DNA of 64,000 nt from an uncultured Chitinophagales bacterium (GCA_964638865.1 CAZXBG010000001.1:18223-82222), one strand, 5' to 3'; counted from the first letter of the stretch, positions 1 to 11,230 are shown. Notes: generated from the letters alone by a model not told the origin. Made by a program: numbers and translations.

Positions 1-177
1 GGATGGGTGAATTAATACTACATGCTGAACGTTCGTCCTCCGAGGCCACAGTTCCTTCGGTAACACTGTGGGGACACGAAAATGATAATGAATAAATTTA
101 ATATTAACATGGGACATCGGGAGAATTGAAATATTAAATATCTTTGAAGAAGGAAGATTTGTCGCTTGCTCGTTTCT

Positions 178-834
178 ATGAAAGCTATTAAATTTGTTTT
201 GACCTTATGTATTATTAATACTTGGCTTATCGGGCGTTCCCAAGTGATATTAACAGGTTATGTAATTGATGAATCGTATGCTTCTGTATTAGTAGGTGCA
301 ACAGTGCAAGATTGCAATAAATCTTACGGCACCACCACTGATGCGTTTGGATATTTTAAATTATTTGTTGATAGTTTGCCGGTTTGTCTTACGTTTTCTT
401 ACATTGGGTTTGAATCCAAAACGCTAAATATTAATGAAGCATCACAAATAAATTTAAATATTGCACTTAAGGGTATTACTTTAGACGCAGTAACAATATT
501 AGGTTCCTCCCAAAACCCGGATGAACATATTAATGTTACGAATATTGCCGTAGAAAAATTAAAAGTAATACCATCAATAGCCGGAGAACCTGATTTAATG
601 AAAGCACTGGCTATTGCTCCCGGAATTAGTACGGCTCAGGAAGGTTCATCGGTGCTTATTGTACGAGGAGGCAATCCGGAGCAAAACTTAATTTTATTTG
701 ACGAGATACCGATTTTTAATCCAAATCAACTTTTTGGATTTTTCTCAGCATTTAATCCTTCTGCAATAAGTAATATCAAAGTTTACAAAGGCGACTTTCC
801 TGCAGAATTACCCGCAATGCATAAAAATAGTTAG
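178..834 (+). pseudogene. TonB-dependent receptor, N-terminal fragment only (carboxypeptidase-regulatory-like domain plus plug), truncated before the beta-barrel
   Basis: ORF 166..834; the likely ATG is at 178 (MKAIKFVLTLC... signal peptide). LTGYVIDE...GATV is a CarboxypepD_reg-like domain. DLMKALAIAPGISTAQEGSSVLIVRGGNPEQNLILFDEIPIFNP is the TBDR plug. The family pattern ends at ..KVYKGDFPAE, followed by an unrelated 8-aa tail and a stop. That gives ~218 aa where 700-1000 aa is expected. Confidence 0.6.
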
Positions 835-839
835 AAAAG

Positions 840-900
840 TGCCGTAGGCATGGCATATCGGTAGTACCCATGTAAAGTTGCGACCTAATGCCGTAGGCAT
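840..900. repeat. Two direct copies of the 12-nt palindrome-containing unit TGCCGTAGGCAT (840-851 and 889-900)
   Basis: Read directly from the sequence. ATGCC-GTA-GGCAT forms a 4-5 bp arm hairpin. The first copy starts 6 nt after the stop of the truncated TBDR. Confidence 0.5.
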
Positions 901-1221
901 AACATATTAAAAACGTAAAGGAAAGCGAAAATCTAAAAATGCATGTAAATTATTTTGAGAAGTAGCAATTGGAAGTTCCAAAATTAATAAATCGCATAAG
1001 TTTATAAATTTAATCCGTTGAATTATTTCTAACCTAATTAAATTAGCATAGAGGGCCTTAAAACAATGTGATGATGCAAATCTCAGTATCCGATGTGCAT
1101 TGCAGTTGAATAAACTATTAAGAATTTGAATTCCATTTAAACCAATTGGAAAAATGGAATTAACAGTTTATTTTTCTTTAAAAATTTTAATAATGACCCG
1201 TTATTGCATGACATTGGTGAT

Positions 1222-1253
1222 AAAAAAAAGGGATAAGAATTTCCCCTTACCCC
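1222..1253 (-). terminator. Rho-independent terminator of the ribosomal supercluster
   Basis: Minus-sense read: GGGGUAAG-GGGAAAUU-CUUAUCCC, an 8-bp stem with one G.U pair, followed by U8. It lies 25 nt after the rplQ stop. Confidence 0.6.
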
Positions 1254-1277
1254 TTTGAAAGCTATTTTAAAATATGC

Positions 1278-1814
1278 TTATTCTTTTTCCTTTTCTGCAG
1301 TTTCATCTGTTGCATCAACAATTGGCGTTTCTTCCTCTTTTGTTTCAACAACCGGTGTTTTTACTTCCGCTTCTACTGCTTTCTTTTCTGTTTTTCCGGA
1401 ACCACGACGGCTGCGTTTTTTAGTTGCACCTTTTGGAGCCTTCAACATGTTTTCGTTATAGTCAACCAATTCGATAATACAAGTTTCTGCATTATCACCT
1501 GCTCTGTGTTCGGCAAGTTTCAGAATTCTTGTATAACCGCCATTGCGTGTTGCAACCTTAACGGAAATATTCACAAATAATTCGTTCACTGCTTCTTTAC
1601 TTTGCAATTCAGAAAATACTTCACGGCGATTATGTGTGGTATCTTCTTTTGAACGGGTAATCATGGGTTCAATATATACCCTTAATTCTTTTGCCTTAGC
1701 CAAAGTAGTTTTAATACGTTTGTGCAAAAGTAACGACACACCCATGTTGCTCAACATTGCACTTCTGTGTGCATATTTCCTTCCGAGGTGATTTATTTTA
1801 TTTCCGTGTCTCAT
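1278..1814 (-). CDS. rplQ: 50S ribosomal protein L17 (bL17) with an acidic/Lys-rich C-terminal extension
   Basis: [24 protein letters not shown]... is the canonical L17 N-terminus. It is the last gene of the alpha operon, after rpoA. Confidence 0.95.
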   Translation of the reverse strand: MRHGNKINHLGRKYAHRSAMLSNMGVSLLLHKRIKTTLAKAKELRVYIEPMITRSKEDTTHNRREVFSELQSKEAVNELFVNISVKVATRNGGYTRILKLAEHRAGDNAETCIIELVDYNENMLKAPKGATKKRSRRGSGKTEKKAVEAEVKTPVVETKEEETPIVDATDETAEKEKE

Positions 1815-1852
1815 TATACTTAATGTTTAATGATGTTGTAAAAACATCTTGA

Positions 1853-2851
1853 TTAATCTTCTTCTAATTTAAATTTTGAAAGGTCCATTCCGAACTGTAA
1901 ACCTTTATCTAAAACCATTGCTTCAATTTCCACTAACGATTTTTTTCCGAAGTTGCGGAACTTCAATAATTCGTTGGTATCGTATTTTACTAATTCAGAA
2001 AGTGAATTAATTTTAGCAGCTTTCAAACAATTGTAGGCACGCACCGAAAGATCTAAATCTTCCAAAGGTGTTTTTAATAATTTGCGGATATGTAAAGTAT
2101 GCTCATCAACAACATTCACTTCTTTTTCACCACTGGTATGGAAGGTAATATTTTCATCCGTAACCAGCATTAAGTGTTGAATTAAAATTCTTGCTGCTTC
2201 CTTAATAGCGTCTTCCGGATGAATTGTTCCGTCTGTTTTAATTTCTACAACTAATTTTTCGTAATCCGTTTTTTGTTCAACACGTGTATTCTCGATGGTG
2301 TATTTTACATTCTTAATAGGCGTGTAAATTGCATCAATTGGAATAACACCGATTGCTTTATCAATGTTTTTATTTTCCTCTGCAGGTAAATATCCTCTTC
2401 CCTTTTGAATAGTAAGTTCTACATCCAATTTAACGAAAGGTTCCATTCTGCAAATCAAAAGATCAGGATTGGTAACACGAAAACTGTTTGTATGTTTTTC
2501 GATATCCCCTGCTCTGAATTCTTCTTTGTCTTTTAAAGAAATGAATATCTTTTCTACTGCATTTTCATCTCCCCCTATTTCCTTTTTTAAACGAACTTGC
2601 TTTAGATTCAATACAATCTCGGTGATATCTTCCATAACACCGTTGATGGTAGAAAACTCGTGATCAACACCGCTGATCTTTACCGATGAAATTGCAAATC
2701 CTTCCAATGAACTCAATAATACTCTGCGCAATGCATTTCCAATAGTAACACCAAAGCCCGGTTCCAAAGGTTTGAACTCGAAAGTTCCTTCAAAATCTGT
2801 TGCTTTTTGTAGGGTGATCTTATCAGGACGTTGAAATGAAAGTAATGCCAT
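1853..2851 (-). CDS. rpoA: DNA-directed RNA polymerase alpha subunit
   Basis: 332 aa. The [11 protein letters not shown] motif and the C-terminal [12 protein letters not shown] (alphaCTD) are present. Operon position is S4-rpoA-L17. Confidence 0.97.
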   Translation of the reverse strand: MALLSFQRPDKITLQKATDFEGTFEFKPLEPGFGVTIGNALRRVLLSSLEGFAISSVKISGVDHEFSTINGVMEDITEIVLNLKQVRLKKEIGGDENAVEKIFISLKDKEEFRAGDIEKHTNSFRVTNPDLLICRMEPFVKLDVELTIQKGRGYLPAEENKNIDKAIGVIPIDAIYTPIKNVKYTIENTRVEQKTDYEKLVVEIKTDGTIHPEDAIKEAARILIQHLMLVTDENITFHTSGEKEVNVVDEHTLHIRKLLKTPLEDLDLSVRAYNCLKAAKINSLSELVKYDTNELLKFRNFGKKSLVEIEAMVLDKGLQFGMDLSKFKLEED

Positions 2852-2875
2852 ATTTTTTGGTGTTTTATATTATTT

Positions 2876-3484
2876 TTATTTTGAATATAATTCGACGATA
2901 AGTTGTTCCTTAATAGTTTCAGGAATCTGATCTCTTTCAGGATAACCCACAAAGGTTCCTTTCATTTGATTTGGATTCCATTCCAACCAGGGATATCTTT
3001 TTGAACTGCCTTGAGAAGTTGCTTCTTTTAGCCATTCGATATCTTTTGATTTTTCGCGGATGGTAATTACATCACCGGGACGTAAAGTGGATGACGGTGA
3101 ATTACAAATTTCGCCGTTAACCTCAATATGTTTGTGATTTACCAACTGGCGTGCACCTCTGCGTGTTGGTGCAATACCTAAACGATAAACAGTATTGTCT
3201 AACCTTGCTTCCAGCAATTGCAATAATGCTTCCCCGGTTACACCTTTACGACGAGTTGCCTCTTCAAAAGTTTTACGGAATTGACGTTCCAATACACCGT
3301 AAGTATATTTTGCCTTTTGTTTTTCTTTAAGCTGTATGCCATACTCACTTGCACTTTTCTTTTTGCGAGTCTGACCGTGTTGGCCCGGAGCGTATTTACG
3401 CTTTTCAAATGCTTTGTCGTAACCAAAGATTGGTTCTCCGAAAGATCTTGATTTTTTTGTCCTGGGCCCTGTATACCTTGCCAT
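2876..3484 (-). CDS. rpsD: 30S ribosomal protein S4
   Basis: [13 protein letters not shown]...[11 protein letters not shown]...[10 protein letters not shown] is canonical uS4. Confidence 0.97.
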   Translation of the reverse strand: MARYTGPRTKKSRSFGEPIFGYDKAFEKRKYAPGQHGQTRKKKSASEYGIQLKEKQKAKYTYGVLERQFRKTFEEATRRKGVTGEALLQLLEARLDNTVYRLGIAPTRRGARQLVNHKHIEVNGEICNSPSSTLRPGDVITIREKSKDIEWLKEATSQGSSKRYPWLEWNPNQMKGTFVGYPERDQIPETIKEQLIVELYSK

Positions 3485-3512
3485 TATTCTATTGAATTTT
3501 ATTAATTAAAAA

Positions 3513-3911
3513 CTATACTCTTCTCTTTTTTGGTGGACGACAACCATTGTGTGGCAACGGTGTAATATCCCTGATCATTGTTACTTCAATTCCTGAAGAA
3601 GCAATGGTGCGGATAGCCGACTCGCGTCCTGATCCGGGTCCTTTTACGAACACCTCTACTTTGCGTAAACCTGCATCGTATGCAACTTTTCCTGCATCAG
3701 ATGTTGCAATTTGAGCAGCATAAGGCGTATTCTTTTTTGAACCTCTGAACCCTGCTTTACCGGCTGATGCCCAGGAAATTGTTTGTCCTGTCATATTGGT
3801 AAACGTAATGATCAGATTGTTGAAAGAAGCTAAGATATGCGCCTGTCCTTCGGCTTCTACCTTCACGATCCTCTTCTTTGCTGTCTTTTTTGCTGTTGTT
3901 GTTTTAGCCAT
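3513..3911 (-). CDS. rpsK: 30S ribosomal protein S11
   Basis: ..[40 protein letters not shown].. is canonical uS11. Confidence 0.97.
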   Translation of the reverse strand: MAKTTTAKKTAKKRIVKVEAEGQAHILASFNNLIITFTNMTGQTISWASAGKAGFRGSKKNTPYAAQIATSDAGKVAYDAGLRKVEVFVKGPGSGRESAIRTIASSGIEVTMIRDITPLPHNGCRPPKKRRV

Positions 3912-3946
3912 TTTATATTAGATGATTGTATTAAAACTTACTTTAA

Positions 3947-4327
3947 TTATCCTTTAGGTGCTTTCTTTTTATTCGCAACTGTCTTTTTCCTTCCTTTACG
4001 GGTTCTGGAATTCGTTCTTGTGCGTTGTCCCCTAACCGGTAAACCTTTACGATGACGAACACCTCTATAGCATCCGATATCCATTAAACGTTTAATGGCC
4101 AATTGCATTTCTGAACGCAGTGCACCTTCCACTTTCAATTCGTTGTTGATGTATGTGCGAATAGCATTGATCTCATCATCAGACCAATCTTTTACTTTTT
4201 TACTTTCGTCTACACTCGCAGATTGTAAAATCTTTTTAGAAGTAGTTAAACTAATTCCGTAGATGTAGGTAAGGCCAATTACGCCTCTTTTGTTTTTAGG
4301 TAAATCTATACCAGCAATCCTTGCCAT
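3947..4327 (-). CDS. rpsM: 30S ribosomal protein S13
   Basis: [25 protein letters not shown]... is canonical uS13. Confidence 0.97.
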   Translation of the reverse strand: MARIAGIDLPKNKRGVIGLTYIYGISLTTSKKILQSASVDESKKVKDWSDDEINAIRTYINNELKVEGALRSEMQLAIKRLMDIGCYRGVRHRKGLPVRGQRTRTNSRTRKGRKKTVANKKKAPKG

Positions 4328-4352
4328 ATTATTTATTCAATAATTTAAAATG

Positions 4353-4469
4353 TTAACCTTGACGTTGTTTAAATTTAGGGTTCTTTTTGTTTATCACGTA
4401 CAGCCTTCCCTTCCTTTTCACGATCTTACAATCGATGCTGCGTTTTTTAATTGATGGTTTTACTTTCAT
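4353..4469 (-). CDS. rpmJ: 50S ribosomal protein L36
   Basis: Not in the ORF track. My hand translation of the minus strand gives [38 protein letters not shown], 38 aa. It sits in the expected infA-rpmJ-rpsM position. Confidence 0.9.
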   Translation of the reverse strand: MKVKPSIKKRSIDCKIVKRKGRLYVINKKNPKFKQRQG

Positions 4470-4476
4470 AATAGTG

Positions 4477-4695
4477 TTATTTATATCGGTATATAATTCT
4501 TCCTCTTGTTAAATCGTAGGGACTCATCTCTACGGTTACTTTATCGCCTGGTAATATTCGGATGTAATTCATCCTCATTTTACCTGAAATATGTGCAACT
4601 ATTTCGTGTTCATTTTCCAACTTCACTCTGAACATTGCATTTGATAATGCGTCTGTTATTGTTCCGTCTTGTTTTATTAACCCTTGTTTCGACAT
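4477..4695 (-). CDS. infA: Translation initiation factor IF-1
   Basis: 72 aa, ..[47 protein letters not shown].. (S1-like fold). Its start overlaps the map stop (TAATG). Confidence 0.97.
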   Translation of the reverse strand: MSKQGLIKQDGTITDALSNAMFRVKLENEHEIVAHISGKMRMNYIRILPGDKVTVEMSPYDLTRGRIIYRYK

Positions 4696-5507
4696 TAATT
4701 AACTGTTTCTTTTTCCTGATATAAGTTCTTGTTGCTTCTCACTGCCTTTTCAATATTGTCAAAACTGGAAAGGATATCTGCTGCTCCTGTTGTAATTGCG
4801 ATAGTATGTTCAAAATGACAGGATATTTTTCTGTCCTTCGTTCTTATCGTCCAACCATCGTTTTCCTGAACAACATTTTTTGTTCCCAGATTTATCATTG
4901 GTTCTATTGCGATCACCAATCCTTCCTGCAATTTGGGTCCTTTTCCCCTGCTGCCAAAATTTGGCACTTCAGGTTCTTCGTGTAAACTTTTTCCCAATCC
5001 GTGTCCAACCAATTCTCTCACCACTCCGTAATTGTGATATTGTTCTGCATAATTTTGAATTGCATAACTGATATCTCCAATTCTATTTCCCGGCACTGCC
5101 AATTCAATGCCTTTAAATACACATTCTTTGGTAACTCTCGCCAGATTAACTGCATCAAGCGTAACCTCACCAATTAAAAATGTAAAAGCAGAATCGCCGT
5201 GGAATCCATTTTTAAATACTCCGCAATCAACCGACACCACATCACCTTCTTTAATTTCATTTTTAGAAGGAATTCCGTGAACAACCATATCGTTTACAGA
5301 AATACACAGTGTGTTTGGAAAACCCCTATATCCTAAAAACGAAGGTTTTGCACCGTTATCTCTGATAAATTCTTCCGCCTTATTGTCGAGCTCAAGAGTT
5401 GTTATCCCCGGTTTGATGATGTCGGCTATCAAAGCCAACGTATCTGAAACAAGCAAAGAACTTTTTCTGATGAGTTCAACCTCATCTTTTGTTTTATAAT
5501 ATATCAT
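4695..5507 (-). CDS. map: Type I methionine aminopeptidase
   Basis: 270 aa M24A pattern (..[31 protein letters not shown]..). It has an ATGA overlap with the secY stop. Confidence 0.95.
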   Translation of the reverse strand: MIYYKTKDEVELIRKSSLLVSDTLALIADIIKPGITTLELDNKAEEFIRDNGAKPSFLGYRGFPNTLCISVNDMVVHGIPSKNEIKEGDVVSVDCGVFKNGFHGDSAFTFLIGEVTLDAVNLARVTKECVFKGIELAVPGNRIGDISYAIQNYAEQYHNYGVVRELVGHGLGKSLHEEPEVPNFGSRGKGPKLQEGLVIAIEPMINLGTKNVVQENDGWTIRTKDRKISCHFEHTIAITTGAADILSSFDNIEKAVRSNKNLYQEKETVN

Positions 5508-6859
5508 CCCTGTTGAATGCTTACTGGTCCGGATGAACGGCCTTTAATACGTCCCGACTTCATCAAACCGTCGTAATGACGCATTAACAGGTGACTTTCA
5601 ATTTGTTGTAATGTATCCAATACTACCCCAACCATGATCAATAGTGATGTTCCACCAAAAAACTGTGCAAAGGATGGATCAACACCAAAAACCCTTGAAA
5701 AAACCGGCATCACTGCAATTAATGCAAGAAATATTGATCCCGGTAAGGTTACCCTTGATAAAACGTTATCAATAAATTCAGCTGTCTTTTTTCCCGGTTT
5801 AACTCCCGGAATAAATCCACCATTTTTTTTAAGATCATCCGCCATTTGCGTTGGATTAATAATGATCGCTGTATAGAAATAAGTGAAAATAACAATCAGG
5901 AAACCATAGATTAGATTATATCCCCAACTTTGGAAATCGTTTAACATTACCAAAGTAGATGAATTTTGCCAATCGGGATTGATCTGTGCAAAGATTCCAG
6001 GAATGAACATCAATGCCTGCGCAAAGATGATTGGCATTACACCTGCTGCATTTATTTTTAAAGGGATATATTGACGAACTCCGCCATATTGTCTTGATCC
6101 TACTACTCGTTTTGCATATTGAACCGGAATTCTCCTGGTTCCCTGCACTAAAAGTATTACACCCATAATAATCAAAACCATAAAAGCAATCTCCAATACA
6201 AATGGAATAAAACCACCTCCACCATCAGCACCTCTGTGTGTAATTTCATTTAATAAAGCGGCTGGCAAACCGGCGATGATGCCCACCATAATGAGCATGG
6301 AGATACCGTTTCCTATGCCTTTATCGGTGATTCGTTCTCCCATCCACATGGTAAATAAAGTTCCACCTGTTAGAATGATCACACAAATAAACCAAAAAAG
6401 GCCTGTTGGCGCCACTATAAAATCTACATTTTGCGCTAGATTATTCAAATATGCAAAATATCCTGATGCTTGAAGCGCTGTAACTACTACAGTTAAGTAG
6501 CGTGTATATTGGTTCATCTTCCGGCGACCGCTTTCGCCTTCTTTCTGCATTCTTGCAAAATAGGGAACGGCAATTGCCAAAAGTTGCATGGCGATAGATG
6601 CAGAGATATAAGGCATAATACCCAGCGCAAAAACGGATGCGCGGCTAAATCCTCCTCCTGCAAATAAATTGATCAGACCTAACAGACCACTATCGCCGTC
6701 AATATTTGCTGCCTGATTGTACAATGCAGCATCAATACCGGGCAGCATTACATAAGAGCCAAACCGATAAAGGAAAATTAATCCGATAGTATATAACAAT
6801 CTTTTTTTGAGATCTTCAATACTCCAGATGTTCTTTAATGTTTGAATAAATTTTTTCAT
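5504..6859 (-). CDS. secY: Preprotein translocase subunit SecY
   Basis: 451 aa, multi-pass. It carries ..GIMPYISASI.. and the GGTSLLI..GV..DT..Q C-terminal signature. Confidence 0.97.
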   Translation of the reverse strand: MKKFIQTLKNIWSIEDLKKRLLYTIGLIFLYRFGSYVMLPGIDAALYNQAANIDGDSGLLGLINLFAGGGFSRASVFALGIMPYISASIAMQLLAIAVPYFARMQKEGESGRRKMNQYTRYLTVVVTALQASGYFAYLNNLAQNVDFIVAPTGLFWFICVIILTGGTLFTMWMGERITDKGIGNGISMLIMVGIIAGLPAALLNEITHRGADGGGGFIPFVLEIAFMVLIIMGVILLVQGTRRIPVQYAKRVVGSRQYGGVRQYIPLKINAAGVMPIIFAQALMFIPGIFAQINPDWQNSSTLVMLNDFQSWGYNLIYGFLIVIFTYFYTAIIINPTQMADDLKKNGGFIPGVKPGKKTAEFIDNVLSRVTLPGSIFLALIAVMPVFSRVFGVDPSFAQFFGGTSLLIMVGVVLDTLQQIESHLLMRHYDGLMKSGRIKGRSSGPVSIQQG

Positions 6860-6862
6860 GGG

Positions 6863-7315
6863 TTACCCTATCACATTTATTGTTCCACCGGCTTCTTCAA
6901 CTGCTTTTTTAGCAGTTTCGCTGTGTGCGTGTGCCCAAATTTCTACTTTTGCTTTTAACTCACCTCTTCCGAGAACTTTCAAACGTTCATCCGATTTAAG
7001 GATTCTTTTTGCTCTTAATACATCCTCATCAAATCTTGTGATCTCATATTTTTCAACCAAACTTTGAATTTGATCGAGATTTAAAGTCACATATTTAACT
7101 TCAAAATTCTTATTGTTGAAACCGCGTTTTGGTAAACGGCGTTGTAAAGGCATTTGTCCACCTTCATGACCTCTTTTTCTGGAGTATCCTGAACGTGATC
7201 CTGCGCCTTTAAATCCTCTTTTCGAAGTTTCGCCCCAGCCGGAACCTTGTCCGCGACCTATACGGTGGCGTTTTTTGATCGAGCCGTCTGCCGGTTTTAA
7301 GTTTGATAAATCCAT
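6863..7315 (-). CDS. rplO: 50S ribosomal protein L15
   Basis: MDLSNLKPADGS..RIGRGQGSG.G.TS..G.KG is canonical uL15. Confidence 0.95.
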   Translation of the reverse strand: MDLSNLKPADGSIKKRHRIGRGQGSGWGETSKRGFKGAGSRSGYSRKRGHEGGQMPLQRRLPKRGFNNKNFEVKYVTLNLDQIQSLVEKYEITRFDEDVLRAKRILKSDERLKVLGRGELKAKVEIWAHAHSETAKKAVEEAGGTINVIG

Positions 7316-7316
7316 T

Positions 7317-7496
7317 TTAAATATTTTCTACTTTTACTAAATGTTGAACTGCTTTCACCATACCCAATATTTGTGGAGTTGCTTCCACTTCAATTGTTTG
7401 ATGCATTCTTCTTAAACCTAAAGCCTTCATTGTTGCTTTCTGTCTTTTAGGTCTGTCGGTTGTACTTCTTACTGAAGTTACTTTTATCTTGCTCAT
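7317..7496 (-). CDS. rpmD: 50S ribosomal protein L30
   Basis: Not in the ORF track. My hand translation gives MSKIKVTSVRSTTDRPKRQKATMKALGLRRMHQTIEVEATPQILGMVKAVQHLVKVENI*, 59 aa, between rpsE and rplO. Confidence 0.88.
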   Translation of the reverse strand: MSKIKVTSVRSTTDRPKRQKATMKALGLRRMHQTIEVEATPQILGMVKAVQHLVKVENI

Positions 7497-7503
7497 ACCG
7501 GTA

Positions 7504-8025
7504 TTAATTATTAAATACTTTTTTTAATGATGTATTCCTTTGTTGAGATATGGTCATTGGATTTCTTAAATGTGCTAAAGCATCTAAAGTTGCTTTTACC
7601 ACATTATGCGGGTTGGATGATCCTAATGATTTTGCCAATACGTCAGTAACACCTGCACTTTCCAATACTGCACGCATTGCACCACCTGCAATTACACCTG
7701 TTCCGTGCGCCGCTGGTTTTATCATCACTTTTCCTGCTCCAAATTTTCCATGCTGCTCATGTGGAATGGTTCCTTTAAAGATCGGCACTTTGATAAGGTT
7801 CTTTTTTGCATCATCAATTCCTTTTTGAATTGCTTCAGTAACCTCACGCGCTTTTCCTAAACCGTGACCAACAATTCCGTTTCCGTCGCCAACTACCACC
7901 AATGCTGAAAAACTGAAAGTTCTTCCTCCTTTGGTAACTTTAGCTACGCGCTGAATTCCAACGATCTTTTCCTTTAAATCGAGCTCACTTGCTCTTACTC
8001 TTTGTATTTCTTTATTAATTGCCAT
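7504..8025 (-). CDS. rpsE: 30S ribosomal protein S5
   Basis: ..[36 protein letters not shown] is canonical uS5. Confidence 0.97.
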   Translation of the reverse strand: MAINKEIQRVRASELDLKEKIVGIQRVAKVTKGGRTFSFSALVVVGDGNGIVGHGLGKAREVTEAIQKGIDDAKKNLIKVPIFKGTIPHEQHGKFGAGKVMIKPAAHGTGVIAGGAMRAVLESAGVTDVLAKSLGSSNPHNVVKATLDALAHLRNPMTISQQRNTSLKKVFNN

Positions 8026-8040
8026 ATTGAAAATTCTTAT

Positions 8041-8397
8041 TTAGAATTGAAGACCTCCTTCACGGGCACCTTCTGCTAAAGATTTAATTCTTCCATGATA
8101 TAAATTACCACCTCTGTCGAACGTAACCACGGTAATGCCTAATTCAACTGCTCTTTCTGCTAATAATTTACCAACGGTTTTCGCCTTTTCTGATTTAGCT
8201 CCTGTTAAGGATTTACCTTGTTTGTCGGTGGTTGACGCTGAACAAAGTGTATGTCCTGCTACATCATCAATCAATTGAGCATACATTTCTTTGTTGCTTC
8301 TGTATACTGCTAATCTTGGACGCTCAGCCGTTCCTGCAACTTTTTTGCGGACACGATAGCGAATTTTTTGTCTTCTTACTGATTTTTTTGATAACAT
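8041..8397 (-). CDS. rplR: 50S ribosomal protein L18
   Basis: ..[20 protein letters not shown]....FDRGG.LYHGRIK.LA.GAREGGL.F is canonical uL18. Confidence 0.95.
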   Translation of the reverse strand: MLSKKSVRRQKIRYRVRKKVAGTAERPRLAVYRSNKEMYAQLIDDVAGHTLCSASTTDKQGKSLTGAKSEKAKTVGKLLAERAVELGITVVTFDRGGNLYHGRIKSLAEGAREGGLQF

Positions 8398-8408
8398 AAC
8401 TAATACTT

Positions 8409-8963
8409 TTATTTACCTGCAGTTTTACCTGCTTTGCGACGCAATACTTCGTCAGAATATTTAATACCTTTTCCTTTATATGGTTCAGGGCTGCGGAATG
8501 ATCTGATTTTTGCAGCAATTGCTCCTAATAATTGTTTATCGTTGCTTTCTAAAATGATAGTTGGATTTTTTCCTTTTTCAGTAACCGTTGCAAGTTTTAC
8601 TTCCTTCGGTATCATCATGATAATTGGATGTGAATATCCCACAGAAACTTCTAAAACTTGTCCCTGACTGGATGCACGGTAACCTACCCCAACTAATTCC
8701 AATTCCTTTTTGAAACCTTCTTCAATTCCTTTCACCATATTGCCAATAAGTGCGCGGTACAAACCATGCATAGCCTTATGTCTTTTTTGTTCAGTAGGGC
8801 GCTCAAGAGTAACTGTGCTTCCATCAATTTTAATGGTAATATCGGCATCTACCTTTAGCGATAACTCCCCTCTTTTACCTTTCACTGTAACCAGATTATT
8901 TTCTGAAACAGCTATTGTAATACCTGCGGGTAATTGAATTGGTAACTTTCCTATTCGTGACAT
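8409..8963 (-). CDS. rplF: 50S ribosomal protein L6
   Basis: [15 protein letters not shown]...VKGKRGEL...GVGYRA is canonical uL6. Confidence 0.96.
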   Translation of the reverse strand: MSRIGKLPIQLPAGITIAVSENNLVTVKGKRGELSLKVDADITIKIDGSTVTLERPTEQKRHKAMHGLYRALIGNMVKGIEEGFKKELELVGVGYRASSQGQVLEVSVGYSHPIIMMIPKEVKLATVTEKGKNPTIILESNDKQLLGAIAAKIRSFRSPEPYKGKGIKYSDEVLRRKAGKTAGK

Positions 8964-8984
8964 TTTATTTTCTTTCTGTGTTTA

Positions 8985-9386
8985 TTAATAAATGTAACAT
9001 AAAACTTCGCCGCCGATATTCTGACGTTTAGCATCTTTTTCGGTCATAACACCCTTTGAGGTAGATACGATCGCCAGACCTAATCCACTTAATACTCTTG
9101 GCATTGCATCAACACCGGCATATTTTCTTAACCCCGGTTTACTTACGCGGGTTAAACCTTTTATGGCCGGTGCTTTTGTAACAGGGTCATATTTAAGCGC
9201 TATTTTAATACTGCCCTGAGGACCTTCTGTTTCAAATTTATATTTGAATATAAAGCCATGCTCATACAAAATTTCTGTCAGGCGCTTTTTCATATTTGAT
9301 GCTGGCACCTCCACAATTCTGTGATTCGCTTTTTGAGCATTTCTGATTCTGGTCAGAAAATCGGCTATCGGATCTGTAACGTTCAT
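8985..9386 (-). CDS. rpsH: 30S ribosomal protein S8
   Basis: ..DPIADFLTRIRNA......STSKGVMT...A...N.GGEVLCYIY is canonical uS8. Confidence 0.96.
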   Translation of the reverse strand: MNVTDPIADFLTRIRNAQKANHRIVEVPASNMKKRLTEILYEHGFIFKYKFETEGPQGSIKIALKYDPVTKAPAIKGLTRVSKPGLRKYAGVDAMPRVLSGLGLAIVSTSKGVMTEKDAKRQNIGGEVLCYIY

Positions 9387-9407
9387 TTGTTGTTTACTTT
9401 TTAATTA

Positions 9408-9677
9408 TTACCAACTTGCTTTAGTCATTCCCGGAATTCTGCCATATAAGGCAAGATCGCGGAGTTTAATTCTTGAAATTCCCAGATCACGCACATATCC
9501 CCTCGGACGACCGGTTAATTTACAACGGTTGCGGTATCTCACTTGGGAAGAATTACGCGGGAGTTTATCCAACTCTTCCCATCTTCCTTCCGCTTTTAGT
9601 TGTTTGCGACGATCAGCATATTTTTCAATCATATGCTCGCGTTTGATATTTCTTGCTACTACTGAAATTTTTGACAT
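9408..9677 (-). CDS. rpsN: 30S ribosomal protein S14 (long form)
   Basis: 89 aa, ..RNRC..TGRPRGY.R..G.SRI..R.LA..G.IPG..KASW. Confidence 0.95.
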   Translation of the reverse strand: MSKISVVARNIKREHMIEKYADRRKQLKAEGRWEELDKLPRNSSQVRYRNRCKLTGRPRGYVRDLGISRIKLRDLALYGRIPGMTKASW

Positions 9678-9686
9678 AATATCTTT

Positions 9687-10241
9687 TTATGCTTTGCGGA
9701 ATGGAATTCCTAATGCTTTTAATAATTCATATGCTTCGGCATCAGTTTTTGCAGTTGTTACAAAAGTGATGTCCATACCAGTTACTCTTGTTATTTTGTC
9801 GATATCGATCTCCGGGAAAATGAGTTGTTCCGTTATTCCCAAAGTAAAATTTCCTCTACCGTCAAAACTCTTATTATTTACTCCTTTGAAATCGCGAACT
9901 CGCGGTAAACCAACGGAAATTAATCTGTCGAGAAACTCATACATATTATTTCCTCTCAGCGTTACTTTGATACCAATAGGTGTATTGGAACGCAATTTAA
10001 AGTTCGAAATATCTTTTTTCGATACTGTTGCAACGCATTTCTGACCTGTTATTCTTGTCAGCTCATCCAATGCAACATCAATGATCTTCTTGTCTTGAGT
10101 AGCAGCACCCAAACCCTGATTGATCGCTATTTTTAGCAATTTAGGAATTTGCATCGTGCTTTTGTACTTGTACTTTTCCTGAAGATCTTTAGAGATCTCT
10201 TTGTTGTACTTTTGTTTAAGACGTGGAGTTCTAGTTTCCAT
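9687..10241 (-). CDS. rplE: 50S ribosomal protein L5
   Basis: ..PRLKQKY..EI...L.......MQIPKL.KI.IN.G.G.. is canonical uL5. It has a 1-nt overlap with the rplX stop. Confidence 0.96.
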   Translation of the reverse strand: METRTPRLKQKYNKEISKDLQEKYKYKSTMQIPKLLKIAINQGLGAATQDKKIIDVALDELTRITGQKCVATVSKKDISNFKLRSNTPIGIKVTLRGNNMYEFLDRLISVGLPRVRDFKGVNNKSFDGRGNFTLGITEQLIFPEIDIDKITRVTGMDITFVTTAKTDAEAYELLKALGIPFRKA

Positions 10242-10594
10242 TATTTAATAATTTCTCCGGATTTTTTTGAATATCTAACCATTTTACCGTTCTCGATCTT
10301 GCGGCTGATGCGCACGCCTTTTCCACTTTTTGGATCTACAACCAGAACGTTACTGATGTGAATAGGTGCTTCTTTTTTAATAATGCCGCCATTCGGGTAT
10401 TGTTGTGTTGGACGAGTATGTTTCGATACGATATTAACACCTTCTACCATTACACGGGCTTTATCGTAATTAACTTCAATTACGCGGCCTTTTTTGCCTT
10501 TATCGTCACCGGTAATAACCTGAACCATATCATTTTTTTTAACATGATATTTAGGTTTGAACCTACCGGTGAAAACTACTTCTTTCTTTTTCAT
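10241..10594 (-). CDS. rplX: 50S ribosomal protein L24
   Basis: ..[24 protein letters not shown]......[11 protein letters not shown].. (KOW motif). Confidence 0.93.
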   Translation of the reverse strand: MKKKEVVFTGRFKPKYHVKKNDMVQVITGDDKGKKGRVIEVNYDKARVMVEGVNIVSKHTRPTQQYPNGGIIKKEAPIHISNVLVVDPKSGKGVRISRKIENGKMVRYSKKSGEIIK

Positions 10595-10596
10595 AA

Positions 10597-10965
10597 TTAT
10601 AAAACTTCAGGTGCCAATGACACGATTTTCATAAATTGTTTATCTCTTAATTCGCGGGCTACCGGTCCAAAAATTCTTGTTCCTCTTGGCTCGTCGGCTG
10701 CATTTAATAATACACAGGCATTATCATCAAAACGAATATAAGAACCGTCTTTACGACGAACTTCTTTATGGGTTCTCACTACCACTGCTGTAGCTACTGT
10801 TCCCTTTTTAATACCACCACCCGGTAAAGCATCTTTAACGGTAACGATGATCTTATCTCCGAGTGAAGCGTATCTTCTTCTCGTGCTTCCCAAAACGCGT
10901 ATGCATAATACCTCGCGGGCACCGCTATTGTCAGCTACTTTAAGTCTTGATTCTTGTTGGATCAT
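10597..10965 (-). CDS. rplN: 50S ribosomal protein L14
   Basis: [26 protein letters not shown]... is canonical uL14. Confidence 0.97.
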   Translation of the reverse strand: MIQQESRLKVADNSGAREVLCIRVLGSTRRRYASLGDKIIVTVKDALPGGGIKKGTVATAVVVRTHKEVRRKDGSYIRFDDNACVLLNAADEPRGTRIFGPVARELRDKQFMKIVSLAPEVL

Positions 10966-10966
10966 T

Positions 10967-11230
10967 TTATTTAGCTCTTTCGACTACGTCAATTAATCTC
11001 CATCTTTTGAGTTTGCTCAAAGGACGGGTTTCCATTATTTTTACTTTATCACCCACTTTAGCATCATTGGTCTCATCATGAGCATGATACTTCTTGGTCT
11101 TTTTAAGGTATTTACCATATTTGGTGTGCATGATCTTTCTTACCACCGCAACAGTAATGGATTTTTGCATTTTGTTGCTTGTTACCACACCGGTAATTGT
11201 TCTTCTTAGATTTCTAATTTGTTGTTCCAT
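10967..11230 (-). CDS. rpsQ: 30S ribosomal protein S17
   Basis: ..[16 protein letters not shown]...H.KY.K......KY.AHDE.N.A.VGD.V.I.E.RPLSK.K.W.L. Confidence 0.95.
   Translation of the reverse strand: MEQQIRNLRRTITGVVTSNKMQKSITVAVVRKIMHTKYGKYLKKTKKYHAHDETNDAKVGDKVKIMETRPLSKLKRWRLIDVVERAK

Noticed and set aside
1-165. A possible riboswitch or leader (for example cobalamin-type) could lie upstream of the TonB-dependent receptor. There is a GGTGAATT segment and a GGCCACAGT...ACTGTGG hairpin (44-70). Alternatively, this could be the 5' end of a minus-strand ORF (ATG at 115-117, open to position 1).
   Set aside because: No B12-box-like element or other conserved riboswitch core can be recognised. 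The 7-bp hairpin is within chance expectation. The element or ORF is cut by the window edge, so neither reading can be supported.
9529-10044. Long antisense ORFs overlap the ribosomal and other well-supported genes. Examples are 9529..10044, 10358..10741, 12334..12900, 15745..16293, 26039..26461, 48080..48490 and 53039..53461.
   Set aside because: They lie entirely opposite strongly conserved CDSs. They have low-complexity or Phe/Leu/Ser-rich composition typical of shadow frames, and no recognisable domains.
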